From: Eledone cirrhosa
Lineage: Eukaryota
Direction of reading: 5' to 3'
Assembly (NCBI GenBank): GCA_964016885.1
Contig: OZ024740.1
Coordinates: 83,452,001-83,516,000, forward strand
Length of the DNA stretch: 64,000 nucleotides
Shown here one piece after another: positions 23,338-36,834 of the stretch (position 1 is the stretch's first letter; every line of letters begins with the position of its first letter). The notes beneath the pieces were generated by a model. It was not told where the DNA came from. It made no database searches and saw nothing but the letters and a program-made list of their open reading frames with translations. Made by a program: the position numbers and the translations under genes.

Positions 23338-26292
23338 CAGTTGCATTTATCTTGCTTTATGTTCATACGAGTTATCACCAAGTCACAACCAGTGACCTCA
23401 AAACAAGGTCCGCCATGTTCAAGAAAGAACATACATATTCACACATGCATCTTTAGTGTTTAGACTTGTGATGTTCTTATATTGACAGAATCTTCCTTAG
23501 TATATGGGCAGTTCCCATTAGTACTATCTTTTGTATTTCTCCTATACGCGGGTTTCCTGGGATTTGCGATAAGTAATCATTAGACCCCTTAGGTATCATT
23601 CCCAGAGCGCCTACAACCACTGGTATTGTTTTAGTTCTCAATTCCCACATTTTTCCAATTTCTATCTCCAGGTCCTTATACTTGCTCAATTTTTTAAATG
23701 TTTTTATAGATACATTCTTGTCTATTGGAACAGACATATCAATTAGCAGGCATACCCTCTTTTGAAAGTCTTTCAATATTATATCAGGTCTGTTTGCATC
23801 TATTTTTCGGTCTGTTTGGATGCTAAAGTTCCACAAGATTGAGATGTGATCTTTTTCAAGTATGGGAGGTGGTTGATGCTCCCACCAATTCTTTTGATGG
23901 GGCAGGTCAAAATGCTTACACATTATCCAATGTATGTATTGTGCAGCACTGTCATGCCTGTTTAGGTATTCGGTTGGAGCTATAGGACTGCACATTGAAA
24001 TTATATGGTCAATGGTCTCTGGTTGTTTTTTGCATACTCGGCATAATGGGCTGCACCCATTTTTTATTATGTTGGCTTGGTAATTTTTTGTTGGCAGACA
24101 CTGATCTTGTGCCGATATAATCAGTCCTTCAGTCTCCGATTTCAGTCCGGAGGATGCCAACCACTGATGGGTTAAAGTTTTGTCAACATCAGGATTGTTA
24201 GCTCGCTCTGGGTATTTTCCATACAGAGGCTTTTCTTGCCATTTCTTAGCCAGTTTCTGTAGCAGTTCTTTGTTTGCAGTTATTTTACCTGCTTTGCTTT
24301 TTCTGTGTTTTCCATTTCAGCAGTAAATGGGACTTCTGAAATTTGTAGTCCATTACTGTATCTTTGTGCATCTTTTGTAATGGAATATGATCTTTTGGTG
24401 CTTTCGTGTTTCAAAACGAGTTTGATCATCCAATCATGTGATTCCCTTAGATATGTGGATAATCCAATTGTTGCAGTTTTCAACGCAATGTCTAACTGGA
24501 TTAACCCACGTCCTCCTTCTTTCCTAGGGAGATATATTCTATCTATGTCTGCCTTAGGGTGATGCATTCTGTGCATGGTTAAGAATTTTCGGATTTTTGT
24601 ATCGAGCCTACGGATCTCTGTGCTTGACCAGTTGATGACATTGTAACTGTAGGTTACTACTGGTATGGCAAGCGTGTTTATGGCATCGATCCTATTCCTT
24701 GCATTCAATTCCGTTCTTAAGATTGCTCTTACTCTGCGGTAACATTCCTTCCTTATCCTTTCCCTCATTGTCGAGTGCTTGATTCCGTCTCCTTCACAAA
24801 CACCTAGATATTTGTAAGTTTTTTCTTGATCAAGTTCTCTTATCACGTTCCCCCGATCAAGATTAATGTCTGAACTCTTCAGCAGCTTTCCTCTGGTGAA
24901 CGTTGCTTTGGCGCATGTATCTAGTCCAAACTCCATTTTAATGTCATCACTGAACTGCTTCACAGTGGATAATAGCCCTTGCAATTGTTCATCATCTTTT
25001 GCAAATAGTTTCAAGTCATCCATGTAGAACAGGTGATTAATGGTTTTCATAGACTTTATATCCATGTTTTGTTTCATTGAGAATTTTACTTAATGGTATA
25101 AGCGCGATGCAGAATAAAAGCGGTAATAAAGAGCCACCCTGAAAAATTCCACAATTAATATTAACTTCTCCAGCTTCCAGTGATTTTGTTTCACTATTCA
25201 AAAGGAGTGTCGTTTTCCATGTCTTCATACTGAATGACAAAAAACTCCTGACAACGGGGGATATTTTGAAAATCTCTAAACATTTTTCAATCCAACTGTG
25301 TGGCAAACTATCGAATGCTTTTTTATAATCTATCCAAGCAATCGATAGATTTTTGTGTCTATTATGACAATCTTCCAGTATCATTTTGTTAACCAGAAGC
25401 TGATCCTTACAGCCATATGAGCCTCGTTTACACCCTTTCTGCTCAATGGGAAATAGGTCATTTGTTATCAGGTGGTCATATGTGTATTTACTTAGGACTG
25501 ACGTTAAAATTTTATACATTGTGATCAAGCATGTTATCGGTCTGTAATTTTTGGGATTGTTTGTCTCATCATTTTTCGGAAGCAGGAATGTAATGCCGTT
25601 AACTAGCCATGACGGTATCTTTTCTGGCTCCTTAACTATTTCATTGTAAAGTTGGGCTAACAGCTCATGAGTCTCTGTGAAGGCATTTAACCAAAAGTTT
25701 GGTATTTTGTCTTTTCCTGGGGATTTCCATTTGCTGGTTTTTCTTAGAGACAAGCGCAACTGTTCAACTGTTATATTTTCCCTTGTTTGTTCCTCAAGGT
25801 GAGCTGTATCTTTCATTTGTCTGTCTATCCATGGGGCATGTATGTTATGAACTTTTTCTTCGGCCCAGATCTTTTCCCAGAATTCTTGCACTTCCTCCTT
25901 GGGTGGTATTGATTTAGCAGTTATTGTTGACTTACCAATTTTTCTGTAGAAGTTTCTTTGGTTGTTTTTGAACATATTATTGTCCTTATAGAATCTAGAT
26001 CGTTTTTCAAAGCGCCTTATACGAGCAACTTTAGCCGACACTTTTTGCTTGATTACTTCTATCAGCATGTCTATGTCACTTGTTGATTTTATACTGTACT
26101 TTCTTTTCAATTTTCTAAGTTTAGTTTGTTTAACATGTTCACCTACTTTATAGTTTGTTAAAATGTCTATGTCAGATCGGAGAAGGTTTATTTGGCGATT
26201 GATGTTCTCTTGCCAATTAGATTTCTTGTGGGAATTCCTTTGTTTTTTCATCTTCACTCCACTAAAGTGAGTGGTGACTTTAGCCGATGCAT
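23338..26292 (-). mobile_element. R4/Dong-clade RLE non-LTR retrotransposon, 5'-truncated, family D1
   Basis: RT and RLE motifs, no AP endonuclease; (TAA)n at both ends. Confidence 0.9.
23477..26290 (-). pseudogene. RT + CCHC + restriction-like endonuclease ORF of D1, one frameshift (~25060) and one stop (~24280)
   Basis: WKSPGKD, NYRPITCL, WIDYKKAFDS, GIFQGGSL, HLFYMDDLKL, GGRGL, CRVC...HIISMC, RHD, RPDII...IDMSVP...KLSKY. Confidence 0.9.
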
Positions 26293-26293
26293 A

Positions 26294-26326
<33 letters not shown>

Positions 26327-26545
26327 ATTATTATTGGCGACCTACGTAGTAAATCGTATCATCGTGAGCTCCGCAAAGGTTTGTTGTTTCCGTTTGTTAA
26401 AAATTGCCATTTATGGAAAATGTTTATTGTTAACTGTATATAAGCGCACATACATTGTTTTCCGAAAAGGACACCCCAAAAGATTGGGGCCTTGTGCCCA
26501 AAATTTAAACTTTTATCATTATCAACAAATTTCTTTGAAAAAATC

Positions 26546-28497
26546 ATGGCTGATTCACCTCTGCACCAAGCAGCTGAGAGCCTTCCTCACAAACTAACAC
26601 CTCACACTGACACCACCATTGTAAATATTACTACGTTTGCCAACACTAAACATTTAAGCAGTAGCAATATTTTAAATTTGTCTCAGGCAGACATTCATTT
26701 CCCGCCATTACCAATGACTGCAGGTGTTAAAGCCGCCACCACCACCACCACCATCGCGACCCCCCCCCCCCCCCACCCCCCACCGCGACAACACAAAAGA
26801 AAAAAATAAATTAACTAGTGATGTCGAAATGAATTCAACCAAAATGAACTCTTCCACACCGAACACCACTGACGCCACCACCACTACAACTGAAACTAAA
26901 ATTAATAATAACAAAAATAACGATAACAACAACAGCAACAATGACATTAAGAAAACCTCCCTGAGTTTGCCAGAGTAGCAAAACAGTGCGAAGCATTTCA
27001 GATAACTCAGGAGGAATTAGAAGGTGCCAAAAAACTGGTAAAGAAAGATGGGTACAGGGTCAGCCTCACCCCCCCCCCCTAATAAAATGGACCAACGGCG
27101 CCTGTGCACCGTGTCTTATCGAACAATTAATGTAAAATCGCGCCGAGTGGAGCAGTCATCCGATTCCCAAATCCAAAAAGCTTTGGGACATGTGTGGGCA
27201 AGAAAAACCCACATCAGACGTGGGCAGAAGTATGGAACCGTGGACGTGTTCTTTGAAACACCAGAGGAGGCTAGAGAACACTCCATGGCCCCATTGAGAA
27301 GTGATGACTTCACACTCTTCCCAAGCTATTGTGGCCAGAGATTCGTAAAGATCAGGGTAACCCACGTTCCACCGGCCATCGAAATTCCCTGGCTAATAGT
27401 TGCCGTCCTCGCCGGCATCGAAGCCAACACCAAGATAATAGCAATAGCGAAAGAAAAGCAGGAGAACTGGTCCGGATCTGGGATGGAACTCCTGATCCAA
27501 GCGGACAAAAAACGCATTGAGGAGTCCCAGAGGTAATAGACCTCACTGACGGCAGCCACCTCACCGTAATTGTCGAGGGCAGAAGGCCTAGGTGTGTCAT
27601 TTGTGGTGAAGGAACCCACCTAAGGGCTTTCTGCCCTCAGGCTAAAAGGTTGAGGCCACTTCTCCTACCCAACCCAGTGACTCAACCATCAACACCACCA
27701 GCAGCAGAGATGGCAGCAACAACTGTAGCAGCAACAACAGAAGCAACTATAACAGCAACAACCCCAGCAACAGTAGCAACACCAACACCACCACCACCCA
27801 ACGCGCCAGAACTAGCACCAGCGCCTACACCATCCACCACGCCACAAACAAAACTAACGCCAGTGGAGGATTTTCCACTCCCCGGCCTATCACAACTGGA
27901 GACAGATTGTGACGACGAGTAGTGGGAAACGGTATCAGGAAAAAAGAAAAAAGAAACAAAAAAAGAAAAAGATTTCTTCCTTCCCCTCCAAAAACAAAAT
28001 ACAGAGGGAAACAAATAAACTATCAAACAAAAAAGTTAGAACAGACATGCCACCATCCACACCAGCATCACCAACCCCATCACCCCAAACACCAATACCA
28101 TCACCATCATTAACCCCAACACCACCATCACCTACACCACAAAAGTCACCAAAATGCGAAACAAACAAACCCACAACAAACGCAAACAAAACAAAACAAC
28201 CAAAACGATACACACTAAACAGCATTAAATTTGAACAACCAATTATTATACTACGTCCAACACAACACCAGCATCACAGAAAAAGACTACACAACAACCC
28301 CAAAATTCACACCACCTCCACACGTACAAATCACTCGCATCACACATAAAACGTACATGACACTAAAACAAAAATTCCCCAAAGACATCGGAGACTTCCG
28401 ACAAGCACACTCCAGGAGGATTTATAAGGACATCCTTCCTGAGGAAGCCACAAGCAGTGATAGGATGGAAAAACCGTCCTTCCTCTACGAGAAGTAA
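26546..28497 (+). pseudogene. Tx1 ORF1 (gag-like, RRM-like region and CCHC knuckle), frameshifted
   Basis: MADSPLH..., YGTVDVFFET...VKIRVTHVPP, CVICGEGTHLRAFC knuckle, Pro/Thr-rich linker. Confidence 0.8.
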
Positions 28498-28536
28498 GGT
28501 AAGTGGTCTTTCCCATCTTTTCCACTCCATTTCAAC

Positions 28537-31500
28537 ATGAACTCATTAAGAATAGGCAGCATAAATGCGCGTGGCCTGGGGTCGTCATGGAAGCAGGGCC
28601 ACCTGCTCAACGACCTCAGGTCATTAAACATAGATGTAGTGGCCATCAGCGAGACCAGAATCTCCGAAGCACGGGCCTTCGCACCGATCTTCGGCGGCTA
28701 CGATGTGTACGCATCTCCCAGCCGTCCGGTATCGTTGGGAGGAGTTGCTGTGCTTTTTCGGAGAGGTTTGGATCTTGCCATACGGGACATCTTCCTGGAC
28801 CCAGAAGGTAAGTTGGTGGTGCTGGACTTGACCAGGGGGGACGGGCAAGCTTTCAGGTTAGTGGCCGTCTATGCCCCGACAGGAGAAGGGCAGACTGATT
28901 TCTTCCGGCGTCTGGAGACCTTTTTTGGAACGTCCCGCTATTTAGTGTTAGTGGGCGACTGGAACGGGATCTTAGATGAACGCTGGGACTGTGTGGGATT
29001 AGTGGATAGGGGAAGTGGGTGCAAGAGTCTCATCAACCTGCTCAGGCGTTTTGAAATGTCTGATATGTACCGATTGTATTTCCCGAATGTGCCAATGTGG
29101 ACTTGGACAAATCGCATTGGGTCATCCAGATCATATCTAGATAGAGTATTTTGTAGGGAAATAGATGGGTCTAGCATAGGCTGTCACAATTCAAGATAGT
29201 CAGCTACACGGACCACAAATTCGTGATCTGTGTGCTTGACTTAGATAGGCTTCATAGACGAGGACCCGGCTACTGGAAGCTAAACGCGTCCTTACCAGCG
29301 CGCAAGGCCTACAGAGACCGGATTAGCGAACTAGTTAAGCGAGCGTTGACGGGGGCCATCCTCAGCAACAAGTGGTGGTTTGCTCTGAAAAGAGCAATTA
29401 GAATAGAGTGCATTAGGTTTAGTAAGGTTTTAGGAATAGAGAAAAATAGAGCAGAGGGAGAATTAGTTAGAAAGTTAACGAGGCGCTTAGCAAAGGCATC
29501 GCGACCGACGTCCTGGCGGCGAAATTGGCCCTTGACTAATTCTTCAATGCAAAGCACGAAGGCTGCGTTGTCAGAGAGGGTGCGTGCTCTCAGACACGAG
29601 GGGACGAAAGCCGTTCAATGGGCCCGAGTGGCGGAGGCGCGTCGTGACAACAAACCACGATCCGGTCTTTGGTGGAACACGACGGGCGCATGCTACTCGA
29701 TTCCGGGCAAATGTGTGAAGCTTTTCAGGAGGTAGTGGCAGGCTGGATCGAGGGATGGACTTTAGAGTTTACCTCGACGGACTGCCGCGGCTCTTGGCCA
29801 CTGAGGCGGAGTGTTGTGAAAAGCCGATAACAGCCGCTGAAGTACGGGAGGCAATGACTGGCTGCACAAGGGGTAAACCGCCTGGTTTGGATGGTCTGCA
29901 CTATGAACTTTACGTACAGATGCCAGACTCGTTCGGAGGCCTCTTGGCGGACGTCTACTGCAACTGGCAATAGAACGGGAGAATTTCCAGCTCTGTGAGC
30001 CGAGGAGCTGTGTCGCTGCTGAGAAAGGATCCGAACAAGAGGGATAATATAGATAATTTCACGTCCATAACTCTGCTAAACACAGAGTTAAGGATTTTGG
30101 CCAAGGTGCTAGCAAAGAGGTTAGCGCTTGTCGTTGGTGGTCTGGTGGGAGAGGCGCAGAATGCGCCATTCCCGACAGATCCATCCACGACAACCTCCAC
30201 CTCATGCGATACATCGTAGAGAGGGTAGCTAGGGAACCTGGCACGGTGGGTCCTTGATCAATTTAGATCAGTCGAAAGCATTCGATAGGGTTGATCGTTA
30301 CCTATCGGCAGTCCTGAGGGCGGCTGGCTTTGGGCCCGTCTTCAGAGGCTGGATCACTGCCGTGCACAGCGACATCTGCTCTGTGGTGAGAGTGAACGGT
30401 CACCTTTCGGAACCGTTCAACATCATGCGCTTGAACGTATTGACTCTCGAGCCATTACCGCACTAACTGGAGACGCTGAGGGGCGCCCCGTGCGAACTAG
30501 GATGCAGAAGATCCGTGTCAGCTTATGCGGACGATGTCACCGTAGTGGTGTCGAAGGCCAAACACATCGAGGTGATCGGCACTACACTAAGAGAATACGA
30601 AGCGGTGACAGGAGCAATGATCAACCAGGAAAAGTCAGTGGGCCTGCAGCTCGGCACCTGGAGAGGCAGGTCCATGCCGTCCAACAGCATCGTCGGGCGC
30701 TGGACGAACGGACTGGTTAAATTGCTAGGGGTCTTGTTTGGTCCGGACCTCCAGACGGACAAAAACTGGGACGATGTGACGAGTATGGTGGCTTCTCTCA
30801 CCCAGAAATGGGCGGAGAGGAAGCTATCCCTGAAAGGATGAGCGGAGGTGGCTAACGCGTACATCGCGTCCGTCATCTACTACCGCCTGACCGTCGTACC
30901 TTGTCCTAAGCCCCGCCTGACTGCGCTGGAGCGATTGCTCTCTCGCTTTTTGTGGAAGGGACGCGCTCCGATCGTCAGTGTTCCATCTGCTGTCAACACC
31001 CGCTACGTCGAGGGCTGGGCATGCCGTGGCTGATGATGCGCAGACACGTTCTCAGGCTACGACATCTCCACCTCTTCCTGGACGGTGATCAGGTGGGGTC
31101 GCCGTTTGCTAGACACGTCTTTCCCCAGCTCGTCTCCTTGACGGAGCTGCAGTCCTGGGTCAAGCAAAGACCGAGAGGGAGCGCTTGGAGACTGGAATGT
31201 CTTCAGGCGCCCACAGCCCCCAATCGGGCAATGTGATCGGTGGAAACTCCAACTTGGCTTTCTATAGGGGATTAGTGGAGTGGAAGAGCGACGACGTACT
31301 TGGGGAAACTCTAGGCGTCGACGAAAATCAACTAACCAATCTCTTCGGAAGGACTTTCGGGCCGGGGCCTATGGATAACTTCCAGAAATCTCTGGCCTGG
31401 CAGTGCTATCGAGGAGCTTTGCCAGTTCGGGATAAACTCTACAGGCATGGAGGTGCCGTCAGCCGGGCATGTCCGAGGTGCTCGCAGGGCGACGAAACCG

Positions 31501-31886
31501 TCCTGCACGCACTCGTCCAGTGTCCGAGCATTGCTGACTTGTGGGTTTATGTCGAACACCTGCTGTCGCGTGTAGGACGGATCCAGCTTTCAGCTGAGTC
31601 TATCGTGAGGATTGCCTCGCCCTCTTCCTTTAGCCGGGAAGGGCAGGCAGTTTTTATCTGTCTGGTGGCCATGGCGAAAGAGATAGTATGGTGGACACGT
31701 TTGAAAGGGCTGAAGACGAGCACTTACCTCTTCGGTGATGCCCTGATTAACTTTTTCAAATTTCATTTGAAAAGGAAAATCAGGGTAGAGAGGGAAGTGC
31801 TCTCTTCCCAGCATTTTGTTGAAAGATGGGTGAGAGAAGCAAGTATGGCCCGAATGAATGGGCCTTCTCTGAGTATGTGTCTGTAA
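28537..31886 (+). pseudogene. Tx1 ORF2 (AP endonuclease, RT, zinc finger), disrupted
   Basis: SINARGL, SET, GDWN, SYLDRV, PGLDG, DQSKAFDRV, YADD, CPRC...HALVQC; many frameshifts; RQGCPLS motif deleted near 30430. Confidence 0.9.
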
Positions 31887-32128
31887 ATTAAAGGTGGAAA
31901 ACTGGGAGAAGGCACTTGCCCTGGTGGTCAGGGCTACTGTGGTCTTTTAATGGGCTTTCTCCACAAATGTCCCTTGGAAGTCTCCCCCCTATTGGGGAAT
32001 TTTTCTTTGTTATTTTATTTCAACCTCTGTTTTTTTACACGCAGAAATGCCCATTTGTACCGTCCTGTATTGTCCTGTACTGTCCTTAATGTCTACTTTA
32101 TGTGAACCCTCGTGGTTAATAAAGAAAA

Positions 32129-32129
<1 letters not shown>

Positions 32130-32183
<54 letters not shown>
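32130..32183. repeat. (TTA)n shared tail-to-tail junction of T1 copy A and D2
   Basis: direct reading. Confidence 0.95.
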
Positions 32184-32184
<1 letters not shown>

Positions 32185-34621
32185 CTTGAATCTCAGTCAT
32201 TGATGTTGGTTAACTGGAAAGTCCGTTGGAATGAATATCAAGCCACTACCTGCAGACTCAGATATTCAGGACGTATCGGAGGGTTCTTGCTGTGCCCAGC
32301 AAGCATGCCTTTTGAAGCGTTCCAAAAAGCGTGAAGGGGCCGATTTTCTTTAACCATCCCTGGAAACTTTTGGAGATAGTCCCCAGTGCGCCTATGACAA
32401 TCGGGATCACTTTGACATCATGGCATTTCCAAATCCTTTTTACCTCCCACTTTAAGTCCTGGTATCGGTTAATTTTCTCCCTCTCCTTCTCTTGCACTCT
32501 CGTGTCGAATGGACAGGCCACATCCACAATCAGACACGATCTTTTTTCTTTGTCCACAACCACCAGGTCAGGTCTATTGTGTTCCAGTTTCTTGTCCGTC
32601 TGTATCCTAAAATCCCACAGCACCTTCACCTGATCGTTCTCCATCACCACCTCTGGCTTATGCTCATACCACTTCTCAGAATGTGGTAAATTGTTTACTT
32701 TGCACAGGTGCCAGTGGATCACCCTGCCCATCACATCATGTCTCCAGCCCTTATAGTGGGTCTGGGCTAGGTGTTTACACTCGGATACAATGTGAGCCAC
32801 AGTCTCCTCTCTCTCTCCACAGATCCTGCACAGTGGGCTAGCCTCCTCCTTGTAAATATGGTGTTTCAACCACTTCGTTTTGAGGGTCTGCTCCTGCGCA
32901 GCCATTAACATTCCTGCTGTAGCCTTTTTGAGGTCTCCTCTTCTCAACCAGTTCCATGTCTGTGGATCTCTAAATTCAGTTTTCTCAAAGAAGGTACTAT
33001 GAAGGGATTTTCCCTGAAGGCTGCTCTTTCTCCTTGATTTTATTTCCTCCTGGACATCCCCTGGCCTATTGTCCCCTCCTTCAGTACAGTTCTGAGCATT
33101 GGCTCCTTACTATCAGTCACGTATTTGTATAGGTTGTTTTTCTCCATCTGAACACAGTCCTCTATGCTGATGAGACCTCTTCCACCCTCAGATCTCCTTA
33201 GGTAGAGTCTATCGACATCACTCCTCTTGTGGAACATGTTGTAGATAGTCAATAGCTTCCTAGTCTTCCTATCCATTTCTTTTTGTTCAGCAACATTCCA
33301 TCTCAGAATTCCCGCACTGTACTTAATAATGGACACAGCTCGGGAATTTACTGCGCTTATGGCATTTCTGCTGTTCAGATGTGACTTCAATACGCTCCTT
33401 ACTCTCCGATTGTATTCAGTTCTTAACAATTCCTTCCTTTTTTTGTTCTTTATGCCATCAGCCTCCAGAACGCCCAAATACTTGTATCCTTCCTCAGAGT
33501 CAATTTCCTTTATCATCTCACCTGTTGGTATCTGGATTCCGTTACCTCTGCTCAACCTACCCCTCCACATCACAATGACTCCACACTTACAAATACCAAA
33601 CTGCATACATATATCACCGCTGAAAATACGGACAGTGTCAACAAGCACATCCAACTCCTTCTCACTCTTCCCGAAGAGCTTAAGATCGTCCATGAAGAGG
33701 AGGTGATTGATGGTAAGCTCTCCCTTTCCCAACTTGTATCCTGCTCTCACTTTTCGCAGCATAATGGTCAGGGGCATCAGGGCAGGGACAAACAACAGAC
33801 GGGACAGACTATCTCCCTGGAAGATACCACTCTTGATTTTCACGCTACCCAAGGATTCTCCAGTTGATGTCAACTCTGTCTCCCAGGACCCCAAACTCCT
33901 GCCCAGCAACTGTCTGATGTTATCTGCCACCTTGAAGGTTTCCAGGCTTTTGGTGATCCAAGAATGAGGCACCATGTCAAATGCCTTTCTGTAGTCTATC
34001 CATCCCATGGCAAGATCAGTGTGTCTCCTCCTGAAATTCCCCATTACCATCTTATCAATAAGTAACTGGTCCTTTGTACCACGTGACTTCTTTCGGCATC
34101 CTTTCTGTTCGTCCGGTAACAAGTTGTTTGTGTGGAGGTGATGGCAGATTTCCTAAGACACGATGCTCGTCAACAGTTTCCACATTACGGACAGACATGT
34201 GATAGGTCTATAGTTGGTAACATCATTACCCTTGATTCGGTCTTTCATTGTCAGAACTGTGGTACCTTTTGTCAACCACTCTGGCACCTCACCCGACACC
34301 AAGCAGTCATAGAACATGGCTGTCAGTTTCGGGTGGAGGGATGTTAAATTTTTAATCCAATACCCCTGCACACCATCTGGGCCTGGTGATTTCCAGTTGG
34401 TTAGTTTTTTGGCCTGCCCCTTAAGAGTTTCAACTGTGATACTCAAATCAGTTTGTTGGTGTGCCTGCTCACCGATCTCCCTCTGTACTGTCTCAATCCA
34501 CCCTGCCTGGTCATTATGTCTAACATCCTGCTCCCATATTCCTCTCCAGAATGTTTTAGTTTGTGCCGCCTCAGGGATCAAGTCGTTGCCTCTTTCTTTC
34601 CCCTCAAGCTGTCCAAAAAGC
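32184..34621 (-). mobile_element. R4/Dong-clade RLE non-LTR retrotransposon, 5'-truncated, family D2 (distinct from D1)
   Basis: RT and RLE motifs; (TAA)n at both ends; protein clearly diverged from D1. Confidence 0.9.
32258..34621 (-). pseudogene. RT + RLE ORF of D2, disrupted
   Basis: [46 protein letters not shown]...HIVSEC, RHD, RPDLVV...VDVACP...KINRY. Confidence 0.9.
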
Positions 34622-34814
34622 ATTATTATTATCGTGAGCTCCGCAAAGGTTTGTTATTTCCGTTTGTTAAAAATTGCCATTTATGGAAAATTTTATTGTT
34701 AACTGTTTATAAGCACACATACATTGTTTTCCGAAAAGGACACCCAAAAAGATTGGGGCCTTGTGCCCAAAATTTTAACTTTTATTATTATCAAAAGATT
34801 TCTTTGAAAAAAGA

Positions 34815-36795
34815 ATGGCTACTTCACCTCTGCACGAAGCAGCTGAAAGCCTTCCTCACAAAATAACACCTCACACCGACACCACCATTGTAAATGTTAC
34901 TACGTTTGCCAACACAAAAAAAAATATAAGCAGTAGCAATATTTTAAATTTGTCTCAGGCAGACATTCATTTCCCGCCATTACCAATGACTGCAGGTGTT
35001 AAAGCCTCCACCACCACCACCACCGCGACAACCACCACCACCACCACCACCGCGACAACAGAAACAAAAGAAGAAAAAAATAAATTAACTCGTGATGTCG
35101 AAATGAAATCAAGCAAAATGGACTCTTCCCCACCAAAGACGACTGACGTCACCACCACCACAACTGAAACTAAAATTAATATTAACGATAGCAACAACAA
35201 AAACAATGACATTATAAAACCCCCCCTCAGTTTCGCCAGAGTAGCAAAACAATTCGAAGCATTTATGGTAACTCAGGAAGATTTAGAAAATGCCAAACAA
35301 ATGGTAAAGAAAGATGGGTACAGGGTCAGCCTCACCCCCCCCCCCCCTAATAAAATGGAGCATCGGCGCCTATGCACCGAGTCGTATAGAACAATAAATG
35401 TAAAATCCCGCCGAGTGGAACGGGCATCCGAGTCCCAAATCCCAAAAGCTTTGGGACATGTGTGGGCAAGAAAAACCCACATCAGACGTGGGCAAAAGTA
35501 TGGAACCGTGGACGTGTTCTTTGAAACACCAGAGGAGGCTAGAGAACACTCCATGGCAACATTAAAAACTGACGACTTCACACTCGTCCCAAGCTATTGT
35601 GGCCAGAGACTCGTAAAGATCAGGGTGACCCACGTTCCACCGGCCATCGAAATTCCTTGGCTAATAGCGGCCGTCCTCGCCGGCATCGAAGCCAACACGA
35701 AAATAATAGCAATAGCAAAAGAAAAGCAGGAAAACTGGTCCGGATCTGGGATGGTGCTCCTGATCCAAGCGGACCAAAAAGCATTGAGGAGATACCAGAG
35801 GTAATAGACCTCACTGACGGCAGCCACCTCACGGTAATTGTCGAGGGCAGAAGACCTAGGTGTGTCGTTTGTGGTGAAGGAACCCACCTAAGGGCTTTCT
35901 GCCCTTAGGCTAAAAGGTTGAGGCCACCTCTCCTACCCACCCCAGTGACACAACCATCAACACCACCAGTAGCAGAGATGGCAGCAACAACTGTAGCAGC
36001 AACAACAGAAGCAACTATAACAGCAACAACTCCAGCAACAGTAGCAAAACCAACACCACTACCACCACCAGCAAAACCAACACCACCACCACTCAACGCT
36101 TCAGAACTAGCACCAGCGCCTACACCATCCACCACACCACAACCAAAACTAACGGCTGTGGAGGATTTTCCACTCCCCGGCCTATCACAACTGGAGACAT
36201 ATTGTATGACGAGGAGTGGGAAACGATATCCGGAAAAAAAAAAAAAAAAAAAAAAAGAAAAAATTCTCTTCCTTCCCCCTCCAAAAACAAAATACAGAGG
36301 GAAACAAATAAACTAAGAAACAAAAAAGTTAGGACAGATATGCCACCATCCACACCAGCATCACCAACCCCATCAACCCAAACACCAACACCATCACCAT
36401 CATTATCCCCAGCACCACCATCACCTACACCACAAAAGTCACCAAAAAGCGAAACAGAAACAAACCCACAACAAACGGAAACAAAACAAAACAACCAAAA
36501 CGATACACACTACACAGCATTAAATTTGAACAACAAGCAATTATTACACTACATCCAACACAACACCAGCATCACAGAAAAAGACTACACAACAACCCAA
36601 AAATTCACACCACCTCCACACATACAAATCACTCGCATCACACAGAAAACGTACATGACACTAAAACAAAAATTCCCCAAAGACATCGGAGACTTCCGAC
36701 AAGCACTCTCCAGGAGGATTTATAAGAACATCCTTCCTGGGGAAGCCACAAGCAGTGATAGGATGGAAAAACCGTCCTTCCCCTACGAGAAGTAA
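34815..36795 (+). pseudogene. Tx1 ORF1, frameshifted
   Basis: ORFs 34815-35804, 35597-35908 (CVVCGEGTHLRAFC), 35918-36316, 36202-36795. Confidence 0.82.
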
Positions 36796-36834
36796 GGTAA
36801 GTGGTCTTTCCCATCTTTTCCACTCCTTTTCAAC

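Larger units (their letters stand above)
26335..32129 (+). mobile_element. Tx1/L1-clade LINE, near full length, family T1 copy A
   Basis: 5' UTR, ORF1, ORF2 (APE-RT-zinc finger), AATAAA, then (TTA)n; paralogous to 34630-40498. Confidence 0.92.
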
